Source: a virus
DNA length: 64,000 nucleotides
Reading direction: 5' to 3' (one strand)
Virus record (IMG/VR): IMGVR_UViG_3300030514_000008
In this document: piece after piece, positions 50,290 through 57,379 of the stretch
How positions within the stretch are numbered: the stretch's first letter is position 1
Layout: each line of letters begins with the position of its first letter
Made by a program: the position numbers and the translations under genes
Notes under the pieces: generated by a model
The model's input: the letters and a program-made list of their open reading frames with translations, nothing else
The model's database searches: none
What the model was told of the DNA's origin: nothing

Positions 50290-50358
50290 AGGGGTGCGCA
50301 TGGTGCGAGGTTGGTCTCCAAAACCGACTGCAATGGGGTTCGACTCCCCGCACCCCTG
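50290..50358 (+). tRNA. tRNA-Trp-like element (anticodon loop CTCCAAA) with a shortened D-arm; possible pseudo-tRNA.
   Basis: Acceptor AGGGGTG/CACCCCT (7 bp), anticodon stem TTGGT/ACCGA with loop CTCCAAA, T-arm TGGGG-TTCGACT-CCCCG. The D region is only about 12 nt. Confidence 0.35.
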
Positions 50359-50574
50359 CGACGAAAGGTTGGTCCGCATCAGACCGGACCTGCGGGAGTG
50401 ATGCCCCAAAGGTCGACACTGCCGTAAGACTCCAATAGGAGCAGGAAAGACGCCTTTCTAAAAACGAAAATGAGCAGGTGCGGACAGCCACATAAGAAAT
50501 GCTAATAATGTACTGGGCTGGTTGGGTACGACGCGCTGCCGTGTTAGCATTCACCTAAAGACTTAAGGGGAAAT

Positions 50575-50745
50575 ATGCTAGTACCACCACGTAAGCCGGG
50601 GGAGAATGAGTATAGAATCTCCTATGATCAACCAACAAAAATTACAACCATAACTCTATTTGCTAAAGATGAAACTTCCGCAAAGAAGGTTTTCAAAACC
50701 TATGTTGGTAACTATGAAATTCGAGGGATAAGGAAGCTTTCATGA
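50575..50745 (+). CDS. Small hypothetical protein (56 aa, below the track cutoff).
   Basis: AAGGGG SD is followed 6 nt later by the ATG. ATGA-type overlap with the next ORF. Confidence 0.4.
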   Translation: MLVPPRKPGENEYRISYDQPTKITTITLFAKDETSAKKVFKTYVGNYEIRGIRKLS

Positions 50746-50942
50746 CAGTACGCTTGCACTTTAAAGCAGAAGTAAAAAATAAGCAAGGTAAGGTAGTGCT
50801 AGTAATTCGAGCGAATGAACTTTATAATGCATTTATTCAGCGGGTTCGCCGGGAGGCAAAGAGCAAGGGGACCACCGAAGGTACTATGGTCGTCACTGCA
50901 AAGGAATGGGCTCCGGGAGAATCCAAAACCTTTGATATTTAA
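50742..50942 (+). CDS. Small hypothetical protein.
   Basis: 66 aa. Confidence 0.4.
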   Translation: MTVRLHFKAEVKNKQGKVVLVIRANELYNAFIQRVRREAKSKGTTEGTMVVTAKEWAPGESKTFDI

Positions 50943-50967
50943 AATTAAGGCATGCGAAAGCATGCTA

Positions 50968-51043
50968 TGCCGCGTAAGGTAAGCTGGTAGCATCCGGGAA
51001 TCTTATGAATTCTTACTAGGTGGGTTCGATCCCCACACGCGGT
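50968..51043 (+). tRNA. tRNA with anticodon TAT (Ile-like); tentative because the D-arm is non-canonical.
   Basis: Acceptor GCCGCGT/ACGCGGT, anticodon stem GGAAT/ATTCT with loop CTTATGA, T-arm GTGGG-TTCGATC-CCCAC. Confidence 0.5.
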
Positions 51044-51067
51044 ACTTTAACAGTCTAATTAAGAGAA

Positions 51068-51367
51068 TTGGATAAAATGGATCTTAAGGCGCGTAGTAAT
51101 GTAACTGTTGTATGGTACCATGATCTAGAAGATTTTCTTGAGGGTATATATGGCTTTAGGCCAGACATTCAAGCAGGTGAGTATTCAAATGAATCCTATA
51201 TTGAATTTGAAGTAAAGGACTTTGAAACAGATTCAGACATTGATGCAGAAATCACACAATGGAAAGAGTCAGCGAACCCTTATGTTGATTGGGAACTTAT
51301 TGGATGCGACCTAGCAAGAAAAAAGCTTTTACCAGAAGGTCATTACCTCATCACAATTTGGTGGTAA
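51068..51367 (+). CDS. Hypothetical protein.
   Basis: 99 aa. Confidence 0.4.
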   Translation: MDKMDLKARSNVTVVWYHDLEDFLEGIYGFRPDIQAGEYSNESYIEFEVKDFETDSDIDAEITQWKESANPYVDWELIGCDLARKKLLPEGHYLITIWW

Positions 51368-51374
51368 CTAGTGC

Positions 51375-51403
51375 TTGACACCCAGTCGCTGATGCGCTAG
51401 AGT
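51375..51403 (+). promoter_or_regulatory. Sigma70-type promoter (TTGACA-N17-TAGAGT).
   Basis: TTGACA at 51375-51380, a 17-nt spacer, then TAGAGT at 51398-51403. Confidence 0.55.
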
Positions 51404-51514
51404 AGTTCTTACAGACGGTATCGCGGTAGATTCAAAAGATGGCTGGCGACCCCTAGGTCATCACAATAAGGATCTACGCTGTATGGCAAAAGGCGTTACT
51501 GTTTAGGGGCACAT

Positions 51515-51587
51515 TCCCCCGTAGCTCAATTGGCAGAGCAGTCGGCTGTTAACCGACCGGTTTTAGGTTCGAGTCCTAACGGGGGAG
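51515..51587 (+). tRNA. tRNA-Asn (anticodon GTT).
   Basis: Acceptor TCCCCCG/CGGGGGA, D-stem GCTC/GAGC, anticodon stem GTCGG/CCGAC with loop CTGTTAA, T-arm TTAGG-TTCGAGT-CCTAA. Confidence 0.8.
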
Positions 51588-51724
51588 CGTACAAACAAAA
51601 TAACCGTGAAATACATATATAAAGCATGGGCGCGTATCTGTTTCTCATGCCGAAAATGTATGGAGAATACGCTTAGCGGCGTAAAATGTCCAAGAGATGA
51701 TACGTGAGGACAGCGGTTATTTTG

Positions 51725-51790
51725 TAGCTATTAGCTCAGTGGTAGAGCAGGTAGAACGCCAAGACGATGGTTCGATTCCATCATAGCTTG
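51725..51790 (+). tRNA. Truncated tRNA-like element (acceptor, D-arm and T-arm present; anticodon arm about 5-7 nt too short), likely a pseudo-tRNA.
   Basis: TAGCTAT-TA-GCTC-AGTGGTA-GAGC ... GATGG-TTCGATT-CCATC-ATAGCTT; 66 nt in total. Confidence 0.3.
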
Positions 51791-51796
51791 TACATA

Positions 51797-51872
51797 TTCC
51801 GGTGGAGTAGCTATTGGCAGCTACAGCAGATTGTTAATCTGCCACCCTATAGGTTCGATTCCTATCGCCGGA
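51797..51872 (+). tRNA. tRNA-Asn (anticodon GTT), second copy with G at position 8.
   Basis: Acceptor TCCGGTG/CGCCGGA, D-stem GTAG/CTAC, anticodon stem GCAGA/TCTGC with loop TTGTTAA, T-arm ATAGG-TTCGATT-CCTAT. Confidence 0.6.
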
Positions 51873-52085
51873 GCTGGTGAAGTATGGAGGTATGCAGTTC
51901 GATTCCTGTCTTGGCAATGGTTGCGAGCGGTTCGAGTCCGCAATATAAATTTTGGTGCAAAATAGGGTAGCTCCCGCCTGCTGGTTCGATTCCAGCACTT
52001 CACCTTCAAGCCGACGACCGTAGGATGTGGGAGCGTGTCTGTAAAACACTACTCTGAGGGTTCAAATCCCTCCGGCGGCACATGG
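51873..52085 (+). other. Cluster of four T-arm-like motifs (GCAGTTCGATTCCTG, GCGGTTCGAGTCCGC, CTGGTTCGATTCCAG, GAGGGTTCAAATCCCTC) that I could not fold into canonical cloverleaves. Possibly degenerate or unusual tRNAs (the last has a Tyr-like GTA loop).
   Basis: The motifs are spaced 35-70 nt apart with partial acceptor complementarity. Confidence 0.3.
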
Positions 52086-52244
52086 AAAAATGCCCAAAAT
52101 GTCATTTTAAAAGTATGGGTGACTATACTGTTCGCGATGATGATGGAAAAGTTATTGAAGCAAGTAGTAAATGCAGAAAATGCGGGCATATTGAACGCTT
52201 AAAGGATTATACAAAGCCAAGATGGTTTAGACGCCGGAGGTAAT

Positions 52245-52445
52245 ATGGCTACTTTTGAACCAGTCAAAGAAGTTAATGCTTGTTACAAAGCTCTGGCAAA
52301 ACAGAACAAAGGTTGTGTCAAGCGGGCAGAAACGTTGGTAGAATATCTAAAGACTCATGAGCAGAAAAGCTGGGATGCAACAATTGCTCGTTTGAACAGA
52401 GAGATTCGTGAAGCTAAAAAGAAGATGCCTAGGAGTGATTGGTGA
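52245..52445 (+). CDS. Small basic protein, paralogue A of a tandem pair.
   Basis: 66 aa, ends ...KKMPRSDW. Confidence 0.4.
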   Translation: MATFEPVKEVNACYKALAKQNKGCVKRAETLVEYLKTHEQKSWDATIARLNREIREAKKKMPRSDW

Positions 52446-52634
52446 ATGGCTGAAGACTTTGACAAACTTATCAAAGAAATGCATAGAGATCTAGCCTTAC
52501 GCAAGAAGGGTTCACCAGCAAAGGCTAAAAAGTTAGCAGAAAAGCTCCGCAAGATGAGGATGAACGAAGATGCTAATTTGCTTGTGCAGCGAGCAAATGA
52601 TGCACAACGATTTTTGCCAAAAGATATGTGGTGA
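52446..52634 (+). CDS. Small basic protein, paralogue B.
   Basis: 62 aa, ends ...FLPKDMW; same size and charge pattern as the upstream neighbour. Confidence 0.4.
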   Translation: MAEDFDKLIKEMHRDLALRKKGSPAKAKKLAEKLRKMRMNEDANLLVQRANDAQRFLPKDMW

Positions 52635-53045
52635 ACAAGCGTCCTTAGATGTTTATAGATGCATACTAGACTGAAAATCTAGAAGAGTTGGAGCGTTACC
52701 AACAGGGACGGCGCATTGCACCATTGACTGATCAGCAGGGTGCTGGGCAGAGATAAGCCCCGTAGTAGGTAGGTGCAGTTCCTATTCCACCGGACAGTGG
52801 AGTCAATGAGGAGACAGCTACGAATGATTATGGCTAAGTGAAGCAACCGGAGTGAAACTACTTAGCCCTAAGATTTAAGGGGAATTAAATGGTTCGTTGG
52901 AAAATTTATGTTGGTGGGAAACAGCGCGGTAAGGACCATACAAATAGGGCTTATGCTATACAAAAACTTGCGCAATAGCTACTACATTTAAGCAAGTTTT
53001 TGTATATGAAACCGTGAACGATAAAAATCCACGGCAAATTGCTAA

Positions 53046-53231
53046 ATGGATAGAGGGAAGGCGAGTAGCCTAATGCATGAACTAATAGATGTTAAGCATA
53101 ATCCCAACGAATCTAAGAAGCTTCGTAAATGGTCAGGCTCATGTAAATGTGGCAGATGGAATGGTATGGGGCCGGATAAAAAGATGCTTAAGAATATTTG
53201 GAAAGTTAGCCACTTGAAGGATCTAATATGA
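53046..53231 (+). CDS. Small Cys-containing protein (W-S-x-x-C-x-C-x-x-W-x-G-x-G family), copy 1.
   Basis: KWSGSCKCGRWNGMG. Confidence 0.4.
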   Translation: MDRGKASSLMHELIDVKHNPNESKKLRKWSGSCKCGRWNGMGPDKKMLKNIWKVSHLKDLI

Positions 53232-53389
53232 GTGCCAAAAAGCATGAAATGAAAAATGTGACATATAATGGTGAAGGAAGACGCTTTGGCACATGGTCCG
53301 CCGATTGCTCCTGTCGTAAATGGGTTGGAACTGGTGCTACTAAAAAGGATCTGCAAGAAGCATTTAAAGAGCATGTCAGTGGTAAGTAA
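53228..53389 (+). CDS. Small Cys-containing protein, copy 2 (53 aa, not in the track).
   Basis: TWSADCSCRKWVGTG; ATGA-type overlap with copy 1. Confidence 0.4.
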   Translation: MSAKKHEMKNVTYNGEGRRFGTWSADCSCRKWVGTGATKKDLQEAFKEHVSGK

Positions 53390-53427
53390 AGCAGCATAAG
53401 CTATTTACTCAGTGTTATACTTAGTAA

Positions 53428-53649
53428 ATGGAAATATTAAACGCTTTCAAAAAGCGGGCTTCCAATCCAAAATATTGGAAAAAGGTTCATTTGACCTTGA
53501 CCTTTATTTGGGGCTTGCTAGTCATTCCTACCGCTCTATTTTGGAATGAATCAGTATTATGGATTGGTCTAATCAGTTGCTATGCTAATATGGTTGGACA
53601 TTTTGGTGCCTGGCAGGCAAGCCGGGCAGAAGATAACGGAAATTCCTAG
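53428..53649 (+). CDS. Small membrane protein (2 TM helices).
   Basis: LTFIWGLLVIPTALFW and WIGLISCYANMVGHF. Confidence 0.4.
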   Translation: MEILNAFKKRASNPKYWKKVHLTLTFIWGLLVIPTALFWNESVLWIGLISCYANMVGHFGAWQASRAEDNGNS

Positions 53650-53695
53650 CACGAGCTACTAGACGTTAAACAGTCAGCGTGCTAGTATATACAAC

Positions 53696-54136
53696 ATGGG
53701 TTACAGCGGAGATCAGAAGAAGCAGTATCAGCTTGAGTGGATTACTAAGCGCAGACAAGACTGGATAGATGAAAATGGTCCTTGTGTTGATTGTGGATCT
53801 CGCTTAAACCTTGAAGTAGATCATGTTAATCCAAATGTAAAAAATTTTGAAATAAGAGATATTTGGTCTAGAAGAGCAGAAATTAGATTGGTAGAGTTAG
53901 CCAAGTGTGTAGTTAGATGTAAAAGTTGTCATCTAATTAAGAGTATAACTGATTGGGCTTCTCAAAAAAGGAATTTTGGCTCTAATAGTTCAAGTGCTAA
54001 GCTAACAGATGAGCAAGTTGACTTAATCCGGCACAAATATGCTAATGAAGTGACAAGTATTAGAAAGTTAGCAAATGAATTTAATGTTGGTAGGAATGCG
54101 ATACATAAGATTGTAACCAACAAGAGCTGGAAATAA
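53696..54136 (+). CDS. HNH endonuclease.
   Basis: CVDCGSRLNLEVDHVNPN....CKSCH; an extended -10 TGcTAGTAT lies upstream. Confidence 0.7.
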   Translation: MGYSGDQKKQYQLEWITKRRQDWIDENGPCVDCGSRLNLEVDHVNPNVKNFEIRDIWSRRAEIRLVELAKCVVRCKSCHLIKSITDWASQKRNFGSNSSSAKLTDEQVDLIRHKYANEVTSIRKLANEFNVGRNAIHKIVTNKSWK

Positions 54137-54208
54137 CCCCACGTAGTGTACCAGTGCGCACGCTATCCTGTCACGGTAGTAGAGCGGGTGCGACTCCCGT
54201 CGTGGGGA
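54137..54208 (+). tRNA. tRNA-Asp (anticodon GTC) with a variant T-loop TGCGACT; overlapped by the 5' end of the track ORF 54146-55168.
   Basis: Acceptor CCCCACG/CGTGGGG (7 bp perfect), U8 A9, D-stem GTGT/GCAC, anticodon stem CTATC/GGTAG with loop CTGTCAC (the canonical Asp loop), T-arm GCGGG-TGCGACT-CCCGT, 72 nt. Confidence 0.7.
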
Positions 54209-54250
54209 CGCAGTAAACGAAGTAAATTGACCCCTAGTGTTAGGAATAAT

Positions 54251-55168
54251 ATGGGCTATACTATTTTTCTTGGAATTCTAGGGCTGATCGCTCTAGCAGT
54301 ACTTACGAGCGGTTTTCTTGCTAAGCGGGATAGTGATCGGAAGGGTTATGACGAGCTTCCGCTTCGAAAGATTCTACTTGGTGTAGGTACGGGTTTCACA
54401 GTTCTCTTTGCAGCTTTCCTTATCGGTGGCTCGCTTGAGAATGTGACTGCACGTACAGTTGGTATTGAGACTCAATTCGGTAGGGCTACGGATACTCTAC
54501 ATCCTGGACTAAACTGGATTGCGCCTTGGGCAGAAGTTACTGAATTTCCTACCTTTAAGCAGCCAATTGACCTTGATGAAACTGATGGCAATGGGTCCAA
54601 TGTTTCGGTTAAGTTTGCCGGGGGTGGATCTGGTGCTGCTAACGTAAATATCAACTGGATTGTTCGTAATGATGATGAGGCTATTAAGCTTTGGCAGCAA
54701 TGGAAGGAATTCGATGCTGTTGCTGACAAGCTGGTAAATAAGCAAGCTCGTTCAGTTGTTTACCAGGTCATCAGCAAGTACACTCCAGAAGATGCAGTCA
54801 AGGGTGAAAACGTCGTCAAGATTCAGCAGGAAATTAAGGATGGTCTAGGCCATGTTCTTAATGCGAATGGTATCGATGTTACTGATGTAGCCCTTATGCG
54901 TATTGACCTTTCACCTGAACTTCAGGATCGGGTTAATAAGCAGAACCAGGCTGTAACTGATCAGCAGACTGCTGTAACAAACCAGAAGACCGCTGAAATT
55001 GAGGCACGTACTAACGAGATCAAGCAGAAGCAGCTTACGCCCTTTACCCTAATGGATAAGTGTCTTGATATTGTTAATAAGTGGAGTGCTCAGAACAATG
55101 GTCAGATGCCAGCCGCCGGGGTTTGTGGTGGTCTAAGCAATCAAGTATTCACACTTGGCCTCAAGTGA
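54251..55168 (+). CDS. SPFH/band-7 (stomatin/prohibitin-like) membrane protein. The start is re-set to the ATG at 54251 after AGGA.
   Basis: N-terminal TM helix ILGLIALAVLTSGFL, then SPFH-like VGIETQFGR...HPGLNWIAPW... Confidence 0.55.
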   Translation: MGYTIFLGILGLIALAVLTSGFLAKRDSDRKGYDELPLRKILLGVGTGFTVLFAAFLIGGSLENVTARTVGIETQFGRATDTLHPGLNWIAPWAEVTEFPTFKQPIDLDETDGNGSNVSVKFAGGGSGAANVNINWIVRNDDEAIKLWQQWKEFDAVADKLVNKQARSVVYQVISKYTPEDAVKGENVVKIQQEIKDGLGHVLNANGIDVTDVALMRIDLSPELQDRVNKQNQAVTDQQTAVTNQKTAEIEARTNEIKQKQLTPFTLMDKCLDIVNKWSAQNNGQMPAAGVCGGLSNQVFTLGLK

Positions 55169-55197
55169 TTGACAACGAAACGAATGTAGGCTAGTAT
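55169..55197 (+). promoter_or_regulatory. Sigma70-type promoter (TTGACA-N17-TAGTAT).
   Basis: TTGACA at 55169-55174, a 17-nt spacer, then TAGTAT at 55192-55197. Confidence 0.55.
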
Positions 55198-55236
55198 AGC
55201 TTGCATGGGTTGGTAACTTACCCTTAAAAGTTATAT

Positions 55237-55325
55237 GGAGATATGGCTGAGTTTGGCTTAAGGCGGCACCCTGCTAAGGTGCTGGAGGGTAAAAGCTCCC
55301 GAAGGTTCGAATCCTTCTATCTCCG
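55237..55325 (+). tRNA. tRNA-Ser (anticodon GCT), class II with a long variable arm.
   Basis: Acceptor GGAGATA/TATCTCC, anticodon stem GCACC/GGTGC with loop CTGCTAA, long variable arm, T-arm GAAGG-TTCGAAT-CCTTC. Confidence 0.8.
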
Positions 55326-55454
55326 CGCGGCGCCGGGTATACGGCGATTAGACCCGGGTGTGGGAAACGTGGTCTAATGAAGTAAAGCAGCTAGCCTATT
55401 AATACCCACATTTAATAGGAGTAATGCTAGCACTAGTTGCTTTACATATACCGT

Positions 55455-55527
55455 GCCATCTTAGCTCAACTGGTAGAGCAGCTCACTTGTAATGAGCAGG
55501 TCGGGGGTTCGAGTCCTCCAGGTGGCT
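55455..55527 (+). tRNA. tRNA-Thr (anticodon TGT).
   Basis: Acceptor GCCATCT/AGGTGGC, D-stem GCTC/GAGC, anticodon stem GCTCA/TGAGC with loop CTTGTAA, T-arm GGGGG-TTCGAGT-CCTCC. Confidence 0.8.
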
Positions 55528-55550
55528 CTTGGGTCTTGACAAGACTCCAT

Positions 55551-55624
55551 GGTACGCGTAGTGTAGTTGGCAACACGAGAGATTGTGACTCTCTTATCGG
55601 CGGGTTCAAATCCCCCCGCGTACC
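55551..55624 (+). tRNA. tRNA-His (anticodon GTG) with the extra G at position -1.
   Basis: G-1, acceptor GTACGCG/CGCGTAC, discriminator C, D-stem GTGT/ACAC, anticodon stem AGAGA/TCTCT with loop TTGTGAC. Confidence 0.8.
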
Positions 55625-55650
55625 CTTTAAATAAAAACTGGGAGGTAGTA

Positions 55651-55842
55651 ATGCGTACAATGCGTAAGGAAACAGGAATGCGTGAAAACGAAGAAATTTG
55701 TCCGGGTGTAACTTTTCTAGAGCACGCGGAGAGTATTGCACGATTTAACCTCCGTGGTGTAGAATACAACGAGGTTCAATTTCTTGCTGAACGGCTGCGA
55801 GTTTTGCAGGCACTTCAGCGTGAAATGGAAGACGTTAATTAA
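55651..55842 (+). CDS. Small hypothetical protein (start moved downstream of tRNA-His, to the ATG after GGGAGG).
   Basis: The track ORF 55567-55842 overlaps tRNA-His. GGGAGGTAGTA then ATG at 55651. Confidence 0.4.
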   Translation: MRTMRKETGMRENEEICPGVTFLEHAESIARFNLRGVEYNEVQFLAERLRVLQALQREMEDVN

Positions 55843-55949
55843 TCTGCTCAAAAGGTGCGCGGTAAATATCCCCTTTTGAGTCGGGTGGTAAGCTAGAGTG
55901 TTTGGGCTTACTGTGGTCGGGAAAGGTGGGAATTCCGATCCCCAAGTTT

Positions 55950-56023
55950 AGCGGGGTGCAGCAGTTCGGTAGCTGAACGGGCTCATAATCCGGAGGTCGG
56001 GGGTTCAAATCCCTCCCCCGCTA
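55950..56023 (+). tRNA. tRNA-Met (anticodon CAT; an elongator-type 1:72 pair).
   Basis: Acceptor AGCGGGG/CCCCGCT, D-stem CAGC/GCTG, anticodon loop CTCATAA, T-arm GGGGG-TTCAAAT-CCCTC. Confidence 0.7.
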
Positions 56024-56061
56024 CTATAATTAAGTAGTAACATTAAATTGAGGAGTAAAAT

Positions 56062-56313
56062 ATGTTTAACAGAGAAGACCGAGAAATTTATAACAAAATT
56101 AAGCGCGAACTTCCTGATTCAACTCTTCGACGTCAAATTCAAATTCAAAATGATCATGTCACTAGAATGGCAAAGCGACATGAGCCAGGAACGGTTAAGG
56201 CATATAACGAGCTAATTAAGCTAGCAAAGTTGACTTATAGCAAAAGGGAACTAAAGCCAATTGAGGATGCTCTAAAAAAATATAAGTCTACACACCAACG
56301 GACTCTTTGGTGA
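56062..56313 (+). CDS. Hypothetical protein.
   Basis: 83 aa; GGAG SD. Confidence 0.4.
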   Translation: MFNREDREIYNKIKRELPDSTLRRQIQIQNDHVTRMAKRHEPGTVKAYNELIKLAKLTYSKRELKPIEDALKKYKSTHQRTLW

Positions 56314-56322
56314 GTAATAATC

Positions 56323-56394
56323 GCCTTCTTAGTGAAAATGGTAGCACATATCCTTGGTACGGATATAGCATGGGTTCGATTCCCATAGAAGGCT
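56323..56394 (+). tRNA. tRNA-Thr (anticodon GGT).
   Basis: Acceptor GCCTTCT/AGAAGGC, anticodon stem TATCC/GGATA with loop TTGGTAC, T-arm ATGGG-TTCGATT-CCCAT. Confidence 0.75.
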
Positions 56395-56424
56395 CTTTGT
56401 TTCCAACCGAAAGGTAAATAAGAT

Positions 56425-56595
56425 ATGAAGAGTCAAATTGCCAAACGCATTCTTAGGATTAATAAGCTTAAGGAGCAAGGTAAAACATCGAAATACCGTG
56501 AAGAGCTTGAAAAGCTTAGGCTAGAACTTGTTCAACAAAAGCGTGATATCGAAGAAGGTATCGCCATGGTTAACCGAAAAATTAACGCGATCTAA
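56425..56595 (+). CDS. Small coiled-coil protein (56 aa, not in the track).
   Basis: AAAGGTAAATAAGAT then ATG. Confidence 0.35.
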   Translation: MKSQIAKRILRINKLKEQGKTSKYREELEKLRLELVQQKRDIEEGIAMVNRKINAI

Positions 56596-56603
56596 GGAAA
56601 TAG

Positions 56604-56762
56604 ATGAAGTGGCGTAAGCGAGATCGAATACAAGCTGCTTACAATGATTATATTTTTCATAAGCAGAATGGGTATTTGCGTACAGCCAAAGACATCTGCG
56701 CCTACGCTAAAAAGCGTTGGGGCGCGGCCTGGGTAGAATTAATTGAAAAGAATGGAAAGTAA
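56604..56762 (+). CDS. Small basic protein (52 aa, not in the track).
   Basis: AAGGAAATAG then ATG. Confidence 0.35.
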   Translation: MKWRKRDRIQAAYNDYIFHKQNGYLRTAKDICAYAKKRWGAAWVELIEKNGK

Positions 56763-57215
56763 ATGCAGCTGACATACTCTACAGATTCAATTTTTGAATC
56801 AGGTGCTACTGCGATTGTAAACCCAGTAAATTGCGTAGGCGTAATGGGCGGGGGCCTAGCAAAAGCTTTTGCAGAGCGATATCCACTAATGCTGATGGAT
56901 TACGAAGAATATTGCAATCGTGATCTCCTACGCCCGGGGATGGTTCATTCCTATTATTCTAACCTAGAAGAAGAACCAATTATTCTTAATCTTCCAACCA
57001 AGGACGATTGGCGTGACCCTTCAACCTATGAATATGTACGAAGTGGTCTTGTTGCCATGGCCACCTACCTTAATCGCTTTAATATTGACAGTGTTGCAGT
57101 CCCCGCACTAGGTTGTGGTCTTGGCGGGTTGAATTGGGAAGTTGTTGATTACGAAATCAATATTCATTCCACCTTAACTCCAAATACCAACTGGATTGTA
57201 TTTCCGCCGCAATGA
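56763..57215 (+). CDS. Macro-domain (ADP-ribose-binding/processing) protein.
   Basis: AIVNPVNCVGVMGGGLAKAF and VAVPALGCGLGG match macrodomain motifs (the IVNAAN...GGGV and AFP.ISTG...G pattern). Confidence 0.55.
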   Translation: MQLTYSTDSIFESGATAIVNPVNCVGVMGGGLAKAFAERYPLMLMDYEEYCNRDLLRPGMVHSYYSNLEEEPIILNLPTKDDWRDPSTYEYVRSGLVAMATYLNRFNIDSVAVPALGCGLGGLNWEVVDYEINIHSTLTPNTNWIVFPPQ

Positions 57216-57379
57216 GACGTACACCAAAGTGCTGTGATATCTGCCATAAAGAGCGTAGGCTCTATTGGAGTGAAAAAGAAACACTCTGGTTGTGCTGGGA
57301 ATGCTGGATATAACATTAAGATTAAGGTTTAATTTTCATCCTTCTGTGGTATATTAATGTAGCCAGAAGGAGGGTGAAA

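Noticed and set aside
50150-50574. Possible tmRNA (the tRNA-like domain plus a downstream reading frame ending TAATAA at 50505-50510).
   Set aside because: The frame preceding TAATAA translates to ...MSRCGQPHKKC, which has nothing like a degradation tag (no hydrophobic ...LAA end). The tRNA-like part is Trp-like rather than Ala-like and lacks tmRNA pseudoknot spacing. I kept it only as a tRNA-like element.
55860-55949. An additional tRNA upstream of tRNA-Met (GGGAATTCCGATCCCC looks T-arm-like).
   Set aside because: The loop reads AATTCCGAT, not TTCRANY, and no acceptor complementarity was found. More likely it is part of the terminator or processing hairpin following the 55651-55842 ORF.
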